Below are positions 17,292 through 24,417 of a DNA stretch of 64,000 nt, piece by piece. Source of the DNA: Bdellovibrionales bacterium. GTDB taxonomy: Bacteria > Bdellovibrionota > Bdellovibrionia > Bdellovibrionales > JAGQZY01. Numbering within the stretch: position 1 is the stretch's first letter; each line of letters starts with the position of its first letter. Where the stretch lies: positions 121,129-185,128 of the forward strand of contig CAXREJ010000053.1 in the NCBI GenBank assembly GCA_964229765.1. Direction: 5' to 3'. The notes under the pieces were generated by a model. The model had not been told where the DNA came from. It saw only the letters and a list, made by a program, of their open reading frames with translations, and made no database searches. Both the position numbers and the translations under genes were made by a program.

Positions 17292-17675
17292 TTATATCGT
17301 ATCAATCCAATCAAAAACAGTTTGAAGCTCATTTTCAGAGACTGTGCCAGTTGGTGGCATATTCTTAGGTCTCTGGGCTCCGGAGCTATTTTGCATCCTA
17401 TAAAAAAGAGGAGAGCTATTAGGAGATCCTGGAATGACGTAGTTAGCCTCAATGAGTTCGTCTTCTGTTTGCAGATGAAACCCATGGCAGTTAGAACATT
17501 TTGAAACGAATACGGATCGTGCGGCAAGAAACTCAACGCTTCCTGCTGGTGCTTGGTCGCCGTATTGATCGGCATCTTGAGAGCTAGAATTCTCGGTTTG
17601 CAAGCATGAAGTTAATAATAATGTTAATAAAGAAAGTCTAATGAAGAGACGAATTTTTTTTTCGACTTTAGACAT
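17292..17675 (-). CDS. Mono-haem c-type cytochrome lipoprotein
   Basis: Lipobox LLLTSC|L. CxxCH motif (CSNCHGF) with a distal Met candidate (PKNMPPTG). Confidence 0.7.
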   Translation of the reverse strand: MSKVEKKIRLFIRLSLLTLLLTSCLQTENSSSQDADQYGDQAPAGSVEFLAARSVFVSKCSNCHGFHLQTEDELIEANYVIPGSPNSSPLFYRMQNSSGAQRPKNMPPTGTVSENELQTVFDWIDTI

Positions 17676-17678
17676 TCG

Positions 17679-18218
17679 TTATTTTCCATTTTTAGCAGGA
17701 GTTCTCATGCTCGTGTGAGCGGCAACAGGAACTGTAACGTGAACTTGAAGCTTGTCCTTTACGCCCACTCCCATGTAGCGAACACCTTCAATCCCAAGTT
17801 CGGTGAGTGTTATTGGGAAGTGAGCTGTTAATTGATTGCCTTTGACTTCAAGCTGACCTTTCACTTTTATTTTTTTACCTTTAATATTAATTAAAGCAAT
17901 CCCTTTGCCATTGGCTCCCTGGGCTTTAATGAGGGTGGCTTTAGGGTATTTATCCACTTCTAAATATTTTTTCAGATGCTTATCTCTAAGGCTCACACCT
18001 GTTTTAATGGTTCGCAGGTCAATTTCAATATTTTTAGCGGCAAAAAAGTCTTTTCCATTTTTATTCATTTTTAATGCGGTTCCTTTGATGGAAGTTGTTT
18101 TTGCAACAAAGTCACCGGCGGGGCTTAAATCGACATCAACATTAAGTTCAGCCGCATGCAGGTTGAAGACAAAAAATAATGAGATAGACAAGAGAATTAG
18201 AAATCGTTTTATTTTCAT
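17679..18218 (-). CDS. YceI-like periplasmic (polyisoprenoid-binding) protein
   Basis: 179 aa with a signal peptide. YceI pattern (IDLRTIKTGVSLRDKHLKKYLEVDKYPKATL). Lies 3 nt upstream of the cytochrome c gene. Confidence 0.75.
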   Translation of the reverse strand: MKIKRFLILLSISLFFVFNLHAAELNVDVDLSPAGDFVAKTTSIKGTALKMNKNGKDFFAAKNIEIDLRTIKTGVSLRDKHLKKYLEVDKYPKATLIKAQGANGKGIALINIKGKKIKVKGQLEVKGNQLTAHFPITLTELGIEGVRYMGVGVKDKLQVHVTVPVAAHTSMRTPAKNGK

Positions 18219-18305
18219 TTTCCACCTTACTTTTAATAGTTACTTTTCACTATTAATTATTTTAGTATAATCTTAGCGAATATTAAATAATTCATCCAAG
18301 GTATT

Positions 18306-19466
18306 TTGCACGTGAGATTATTTTGCTTTATTTTAGTTATCCTTGCTGGAGCTTCGTCGCAAGCTTATCCCGAATTTATTGGCTATAAATACACTTCTTG
18401 CTTAACCTGCCACTACAATAGCCAAGGGAATGGCGCCATTAACGACTATGGTCGCGCTTTATGGGCAGCTGAAATTGGGGGGCGCCTTTGGGCTGGAAAA
18501 ACCTCGAATGAAGAGCTTGGAGAGTCCTCAGGTTTTTTAGGAAAAACAGAGATGCCTTATTGGATTAGACCCGGTCTCAAGATGAGACAGCTTTGGTATA
18601 AATCAAATCCGGGTAGCTCTGCTGAGGTTAGTGGCGATGTGTTGATGCAAGCTGAGGGTAATCTTGCCTTAATTTTTGATGAATCCTATAAATTTTTATT
18701 TGTAGGTTCTTATGGTTATGCTCCTACCCCACGAAGATTCCAGGGGCAGACACGAGCCGATGAGATAGAGAACTGGATTTCTAGGGAACATTATTTCCGC
18801 TGGCAAGCTCTCGATAAGCTCTTTCTTTTTGTTGGGATGATGGATAAGGCCTACGGCATTAGAATTGTGGATCACACAGCCTATAGCCGCTCAATGACTG
18901 GAATTGGGCAAAATGATCAAACTCATGGAGTCATGTCTCATTGGATTGATGATGGCTTTGAAGTTACCTTGCACACCTTTTTAGGGAATATGTATCAAGA
19001 TGCAGATTTACGGCAAAAAGGTGTATCAACAATTGTAGAGTTTGATGTGGAGGAGGCCTGGAGAGTGGGCTTCTCATCTTTAGTATCCTCTAATGATTAT
19101 GAAGATCAAAAAAGACTGGCGCTTCACTCTAAGAATGGTTTAGGGCATGGTTCGTCCCTCTTGTTTGAAGTGGGGCTTCTTGAGGATAAGTCAAATCTTG
19201 GTGATTCTATGGGTTATTATATTTATTCTGAAATCATGCAAAAGATCTTTCGAGGATATCATTTATTTGCGACAGGACAGGCTTATAAACCTGAGCTTGT
19301 AAGTCAGCAAGCCGATACGATCAAAACTGGTTTTGGGATGCTTGCCTTTCCTCGATCTCGTTACGAATTTCGTGTAGAAGCTCAAAACACAAGGCAAATT
19401 CTGAGTTCAAATCAAGTTCCTGATGATTTTTGGTCTTTACTAATGCAGGTTCATTTATCTCTTTAA
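18306..19466 (+). CDS. Secreted protein with N-terminal CxxCH motif and beta-barrel-like body
   Basis: TTG start and signal peptide (LAGASSQA|YPE). CLTCHYNSQGNG follows immediately after the signal. The rest has alternating hydrophobic strands and aromatic-rich segments. Confidence 0.5.
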   Translation: MHVRLFCFILVILAGASSQAYPEFIGYKYTSCLTCHYNSQGNGAINDYGRALWAAEIGGRLWAGKTSNEELGESSGFLGKTEMPYWIRPGLKMRQLWYKSNPGSSAEVSGDVLMQAEGNLALIFDESYKFLFVGSYGYAPTPRRFQGQTRADEIENWISREHYFRWQALDKLFLFVGMMDKAYGIRIVDHTAYSRSMTGIGQNDQTHGVMSHWIDDGFEVTLHTFLGNMYQDADLRQKGVSTIVEFDVEEAWRVGFSSLVSSNDYEDQKRLALHSKNGLGHGSSLLFEVGLLEDKSNLGDSMGYYIYSEIMQKIFRGYHLFATGQAYKPELVSQQADTIKTGFGMLAFPRSRYEFRVEAQNTRQILSSNQVPDDFWSLLMQVHLSL

Positions 19467-19482
19467 TGAGGAGTGCTTTATT

Positions 19483-20109
19483 TTGAAAAGAATTAAAATG
19501 ATATGTGTTTGCATAGGCTTGCTTTTAAGCGTTTCTGTTTTTGCCCAGGAAAAATCTGGAAAAAATAAAGACCGATTTTATTCTTTTCTCACTAAAAAAT
19601 CTTTTCAGTTTGGAGTGGGGTATAGTTTTTGGCAACAGCAGGTTGGTTTGTATCAACGTGGAGCCACTGGTGAAATGAATGTTGAGTATAAAGGCATAGA
19701 GATCATTGCAAACTATGTAAAGCCGAGTACTAAAAATGTTCATTGGGTTTATGGAATCAATGGTAAGTTGACATTTGGAAATGCTAAAGGAAGTGCTCAG
19801 GGAACTATTAATGAAGAGTTTGACACTCAAAACTTCACCGATGTGCAATTTGCTCCCACAATAATGTACCGTTCTAATTTAAAAACCGAGTTTGGTATTG
19901 TCTTACCAATTGGATATCGAATGAGTTTTTGGGCTCCCCCCACTCAGCCGGATATTATTTTGGAAGATGAAAATCTTTTTTATTTTGGTTATGGATTAAC
20001 GATGTTGACACGTTTTAGTTTAAGGTCAGCAATTGTTGTAACCCTTGCTCATCAGCATAATATTGAGTCTTCACGCTGGTCATTAGCTTGGCAATATGAT
20101 TGGAAATAA
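19483..20109 (+). CDS. Small outer-membrane beta-barrel-like protein
   Basis: 208 aa with a signal peptide (LLLSVSVFAQE). Alternating-hydrophobicity strands (FQFGVGYSFW, LTMLTRFSL, WSLAWQYDW). TTG start preceded by GAGGAG. Confidence 0.45.
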   Translation: MKRIKMICVCIGLLLSVSVFAQEKSGKNKDRFYSFLTKKSFQFGVGYSFWQQQVGLYQRGATGEMNVEYKGIEIIANYVKPSTKNVHWVYGINGKLTFGNAKGSAQGTINEEFDTQNFTDVQFAPTIMYRSNLKTEFGIVLPIGYRMSFWAPPTQPDIILEDENLFYFGYGLTMLTRFSLRSAIVVTLAHQHNIESSRWSLAWQYDWK

Positions 20110-20124
20110 TCCTTAAGAATATCT

Positions 20125-21294
20125 TTAATGAAAAACTATGTCGAAGTCGGGTCGCTCTGTTTGAGTAATGAGTTGATTGTCCTCTCTTAATTCAGACTCA
20201 TGAATAACTTGATAAAGAGTCGCAGGTAGCTCTACGTTGATGTGGCCTTTTTTCAAGAGCCTTTTGCCCATATTGTAATGGGAGGGCTCATGCACGGTGA
20301 TAGAGTGATAACGTTCGTCTTTTGGTAAAGTTCTCTGTAGGCAATTAATGAAGTTGAAGAATTGACTCAAATAGGTGGTTCTATCATTTAAATTATTAGA
20401 CTGTATTTTTAGAAAGCTGATGTAACCAAGCCTTAGAGGTTCATTCTCCGTGACTTTGGGTTTGCCGAGAAAATAGGCTAGCATTTGACTGAGTTTAATC
20501 CCTAAAGTGAGCTGAGAAACTTTTGCTTTACGGTAGAGATAATCACTCAATAAAGCACAGCAAGCTGTAATTTTATGATTTTCATCGCGAAACAAAAGAA
20601 AATCACTCCAAGAAAATTGGTGAACTCTCTTTCTTCTTAAAATTTCATCTTCGGTCCAAGAGATATTTTGGTTTGAGTCAGTCGTCAAAAAATTTATAAT
20701 TTCTTCGTGATCCTTCTCTTGAGCCCTCACAATATTATGATTTATTTTGTGCAGAGGTAAGCTTCCGATAACATTTATATTAGAATAAGAGTAGAAAGGA
20801 CGATGTATGAGATGGCCTTTGTTCTGCCCTCGTTTATCGACCATAACCTTTTTTGCGGCAACATTGCCATCAAGTATGCTCGCTATAATGTACTGACAAG
20901 AGCTTAATTCAGAAATATTTTTAAATTCTTTAATAAGTAGCTCGTAAAACTGATAAAACTGAATTTTTGTTTCTTTTTCCATGTTGGGAGAGAATCTCAA
21001 GTCACTGGTGTAGCCTAAGTATTCTTTTTGGCCCTTGATCATCATAGGTGTTATAGAGACGCAACCATAGCCGGTTAATGAGTTATCAGAGTTTCTAAAT
21101 AAAAATGTGTAAGTTTTTTCTCCTTGAATTTTAGATAGAGCAAAAAAATCGGGGTTACGATCAAACTTTAAGCCACCGGATTCCGTTTGCATTTGAATAT
21201 TTTCACTGAGTTCTAAAATTTCCTGACTATGTTTTTCACTCGCTAAACTCACGCGGTTAAAATTCTGGAGAAGGTCTTGAAAATTCTTTTCCAT
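20125..21294 (-). CDS. Cytoplasmic hypothetical protein (possible tandem GNAT-like fold)
   Basis: 389 aa with no signal or TM segment. I recognise no diagnostic motif. Coupled (1-nt gap) to the upstream 244-aa gene. Confidence 0.4.
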   Translation of the reverse strand: MEKNFQDLLQNFNRVSLASEKHSQEILELSENIQMQTESGGLKFDRNPDFFALSKIQGEKTYTFLFRNSDNSLTGYGCVSITPMMIKGQKEYLGYTSDLRFSPNMEKETKIQFYQFYELLIKEFKNISELSSCQYIIASILDGNVAAKKVMVDKRGQNKGHLIHRPFYSYSNINVIGSLPLHKINHNIVRAQEKDHEEIINFLTTDSNQNISWTEDEILRRKRVHQFSWSDFLLFRDENHKITACCALLSDYLYRKAKVSQLTLGIKLSQMLAYFLGKPKVTENEPLRLGYISFLKIQSNNLNDRTTYLSQFFNFINCLQRTLPKDERYHSITVHEPSHYNMGKRLLKKGHINVELPATLYQVIHESELREDNQLITQTERPDFDIVFH

Positions 21295-21295
21295 G

Positions 21296-22030
21296 CTAAC
21301 TAATCCATTTCAGTTTTTTAACAGTGCCATTAAAGGCTCTGTCCATAAGGAAGGTGGGGTTTTTTGCAATATTAACTGGAAGTCTTTTAATGCATCCCAT
21401 TTCTATCACTTCTGATCCAGGGTTTTCGCAACCAGGCAAGGCTTTAACCGGCCCCTCATATATTTTCCAAGAGTTAAAATTCTTATAGAACTCACGAAGC
21501 TTATCATTGTTTGAACTGTATGCGTAGACGTACTTGTGTTTACCTTTGAGGCCTAGCCTGATAGCATACTTCATGCACTCTAAGTAAAGCTGTAGGCGAC
21601 TTCCCTGTGGAGCCTGACTTTTATTTAACCATAAACCATTGATCTCAAAACAATGAGATCGATTTTTTATAAGTAAATCGTGTTCCCTTAAGACCTTTTC
21701 TGGCAACTGCTCAAGGCATCTTAAAGGGCCATCATAGGCCATTACAAAGCCACCATAGATATCGCCCCTTTTATTTTTAAGGCCGATCACGAGAGCTTTC
21801 TCGAGATAAGTTGTTGGTAAATCGACGCCCACAAAATGATTTGCATGCTTTTTGAAAGTTAATAAATCCAATGAGGATTGCAGTCTTTGAAACTGAGTTT
21901 TTTCCATAGAGACACAAGGGTAGCAGCATTCATATTTAAGTTCATATGTCCTATTCATAAATTGGACCTTTATGACAGATCTGTCATGGCTTTCGGGCTT
22001 TATACTAGGAATTAAATTCCAGTGAAGCAA
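21296..22030 (-). CDS. Cytoplasmic hypothetical protein (possible GNAT-type acyltransferase)
   Basis: 244 aa. The segment CFEINGLWLNKSQAPQGSRLQLYLECMKYAIRLGLKGKHKYVYAYS loosely resembles the GNAT/acyl-amino-acid-synthase core. This is weak, by-eye evidence only. Confidence 0.35.
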   Translation of the reverse strand: MLHWNLIPSIKPESHDRSVIKVQFMNRTYELKYECCYPCVSMEKTQFQRLQSSLDLLTFKKHANHFVGVDLPTTYLEKALVIGLKNKRGDIYGGFVMAYDGPLRCLEQLPEKVLREHDLLIKNRSHCFEINGLWLNKSQAPQGSRLQLYLECMKYAIRLGLKGKHKYVYAYSSNNDKLREFYKNFNSWKIYEGPVKALPGCENPGSEVIEMGCIKRLPVNIAKNPTFLMDRAFNGTVKKLKWIS

Positions 22031-22293
22031 AGAGAATTTAATATGCTGATATTAGATGAAGTTAAAGCGAATTATATGATCAAAGGAAAATCTAGGAGTA
22101 AGGTAAAAAGCCTGCAGTTCTAGTGTACTCAATCGGGAGTTTGTGGTTGATGAGATTCTTGTAGGCCTTTTAATTCTATTTAGATTCTCTCATCAAGATC
22201 TTAATCCTGGGCTAAGGTAAGTGTTTTGATGAATTTAAAGTGTTATCACGATTATAGGCTTCAATATTATTAATTTTATATTATACTTAAAAA

Positions 22294-23016
22294 GTGAGAT
22301 ATTTAAGTCTATTGAATCTAATTTTTCTAATATCCTTTCTCCCCTATTTCAGTCATGCTGAGGTTACAAGGGGGAATGGCTCGCAAGCTATCGATCCCAC
22401 AAATAGCAACTTTGAAAACATTGGTGTTAATGAAAATGTTCGTCTCGCCAGCTATGAAAGTTCTGATATATCAGGATTTGAATTGCAGTGTTATGATAAT
22501 GATCCCAATAGTAATCGTATCATGTTTTGTCAGGATGGATGTGGTGAAAATCCGACACCTCAAAGTGATGGTCCTAGGACTTCCCAGGAGTGCGCTAATT
22601 TTTTAGATGCATGGATTAGAGAATGTGTGGAAGAAATGGGTTGTTATAATCAGGTTCGCTTTTGTGGTGTTGGTGGACATGCTAAGAGAAAGAAAAACAC
22701 ACCTAGTGGACCCGGATCACCCAGCCGTCACAGTTCAGGAGATGCGTTGGATCTCTTTGGAATCACTTGTCGGCAACGTAATGGCTCACAACTGGCAATG
22801 GACTTATCGAGCCAAGGGCGTAATCAAAACACAGAAGCTTACGATAAGTTTGTGGCTTGTTGGAGAAAAAAAGTGGAAGAGTATGAAGGGCCCAAGGATG
22901 CTTCTTGCAGAGGAGCAATCAGTTGCCAAGGCTCAGAAGAGCCGAACAATGAACTTCATAATGACCACGTTCATCTTTCCTGCCCCACGCCGCGCTCTAA
23001 TACGGGAGGAACATAA
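22294..23016 (+). CDS. Secreted Cys-rich LAS-family (peptidase M15 / hedgehog-N-like) zinc peptidase homologue
   Basis: GTG start and signal peptide (LIFLISFLPYFSHA|EV). Carries the SxHxxGxAxD motif (SRHSSGDALDL, H146/D153) and the HxH motif (NDHVHLS, H225/H227). Confidence 0.65.
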   Translation: MRYLSLLNLIFLISFLPYFSHAEVTRGNGSQAIDPTNSNFENIGVNENVRLASYESSDISGFELQCYDNDPNSNRIMFCQDGCGENPTPQSDGPRTSQECANFLDAWIRECVEEMGCYNQVRFCGVGGHAKRKKNTPSGPGSPSRHSSGDALDLFGITCRQRNGSQLAMDLSSQGRNQNTEAYDKFVACWRKKVEEYEGPKDASCRGAISCQGSEEPNNELHNDHVHLSCPTPRSNTGGT

Positions 23017-23375
23017 TGATCTATTTGTATCCTGTTTTATTAACGTTTTTAATGGCTGCCGATGCTGATCCCAACGGTTTTTTTAAAGATAAAAACTGGA
23101 GTGTTAGTACTTCTAGTGGTCAAAAGATCTTTGCTGAGTCTCGCTATTTAGGTGAGCCTGTGCAGTTCCCCAACAAAGTGGATGTTTATTTAGTCTGTAG
23201 TAAGAATAAAAAAGAACTTATTTTTTCAAAAAAATACTGTGGAATTAATTATATTAAGGAAGTGGCTGGAAAATTAGAAGTGATGTTTCTCGACTTTAAT
23301 TCTAAAGACTCAAGAGGTTATTGTACTAAAAAACGTATTAAGCATTATCCTCTCCCCTCTTGTTCAAAAAAATAA
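23016..23375 (+). CDS. Small exported Cys-containing protein coupled to the LAS peptidase gene
   Basis: 119 aa. ATG overlaps the upstream stop (TAATG at 23014-23018). Hydrophobic N-terminus (IYLYPVLLTFLMAADA), four Cys, Lys-rich. Confidence 0.5.
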   Translation: MIYLYPVLLTFLMAADADPNGFFKDKNWSVSTSSGQKIFAESRYLGEPVQFPNKVDVYLVCSKNKKELIFSKKYCGINYIKEVAGKLEVMFLDFNSKDSRGYCTKKRIKHYPLPSCSKK

Positions 23376-23385
23376 AGGCCCTCGC

Positions 23386-24417
23386 TTAAATTAATTGAGC
23401 CTTTGCTTCAGCAAGACCCATAGATAGTAAGAAAGGGTCTTTTTTTTGTTGATTTATAAAGCTCTCTTTTGAATCGATATTTCTCCATTGATTTTTAATT
23501 AGAATTTGTCCTATGGCCCCACCAAGACTATTTCCTGGCCCTAAAAGAACTAAATGATCCGGTGCGAACTCTTTTAAAGCGACTTCTATGGATTTGGTGA
23601 AGTCATAAGTTTCCAGTACCTGTTTTTTAAAAGTGTATTCATAAAGTTTTTTAATATCCGTTGAGAAAGGCTGCCAAATTTGTCCTTCGCCATCAATCAT
23701 GGGAAGAATCGGTTTTTGGAAATTCAATTGATAAAGTGAATGTGTGGCTTTCTCAGAGATATCTTTTAATAAGGGAGTGTGAAAGGCGCCGTGGTTAACC
23801 AGTTGAAAGGGGTAGTTATCAATTTTAGGTAGTCTTTCCGAGAGTTCTTTTAAGCCCTCTTTGTTGCCGGCAAGAACTTTATAACCACCAAGATGAATAG
23901 AGTAAAAAACCTTGTTATTGGAGGAAGTGTTCACTTCAGTTATCAATTCATCAATGAGTTGGATTTTCTGAGGGTCTATTTGCCAATTTTCATCAATAAC
24001 GGGATAAATGATCTGTCCCCCTATTAGGCCTGATTCCATCATTGAGCCCATGGTTTGTATGAGCTTAAAAGAGTCCAATGGATTTAACACTCCGGCAAAA
24101 GCTAAGGTTAGATACCATCCCATTGAATTGCCAGCGATTGCGACAATCTCGTATTGTTCGCGATTGATTTCTAAATAATCCGCTTTGCTGCAAGCATAGA
24201 TGAGTGGAGAAGCGTGCTCTCCTTTGGTGTGAAGGGAGGTCTTGAAGGTCTCAGCACTGTCTAATTCCGTTAGGCTTGGATAATTCAGCTTCACTCTTTC
24301 TTGATCTAAGATATTAAGCTCTTTATCTATACTCTTGCGATTTAATAGTGTGCCGAGATTGTCTTTTGTGTAAGAGCCTCGACCAGGGCAAATAACCACA
24401 ACTCTTTTTTTACTCAT
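23386..24417 (-). CDS. FabD-like acyltransferase (malonyl-CoA:ACP transacylase fold), divergent
   Basis: Start placed at ATG 24417 (GGAGG 5 nt upstream). Motifs VVVICPGRGSY (compare FPGQGSQ), nucleophile elbow GNSMGWY (compare GHSLGEY) and NHGAFHTPLL (the AT-domain catalytic His motif). Confidence 0.7.
   Translation of the reverse strand: MSKKRVVVICPGRGSYTKDNLGTLLNRKSIDKELNILDQERVKLNYPSLTELDSAETFKTSLHTKGEHASPLIYACSKADYLEINREQYEIVAIAGNSMGWYLTLAFAGVLNPLDSFKLIQTMGSMMESGLIGGQIIYPVIDENWQIDPQKIQLIDELITEVNTSSNNKVFYSIHLGGYKVLAGNKEGLKELSERLPKIDNYPFQLVNHGAFHTPLLKDISEKATHSLYQLNFQKPILPMIDGEGQIWQPFSTDIKKLYEYTFKKQVLETYDFTKSIEVALKEFAPDHLVLLGPGNSLGGAIGQILIKNQWRNIDSKESFINQQKKDPFLLSMGLAEAKAQLI

Noticed and set aside
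17267-17575. 102-aa minus-strand ORF and a 60-aa plus-strand ORF overlapping the cytochrome c gene
   Set aside because: The 17292-17675 frame has a lipobox and a CxxCH motif. The alternative frames have neither signal nor motif.
22355-23068. Alternative-frame plus-strand ORFs 22355-22606 and 22607-23068, which overlap the LAS-peptidase gene
   Set aside because: The 22294 frame has a signal peptide and the zinc-peptidase motifs. The other frames have no RBS or motif support and would conflict with the coupled downstream gene.
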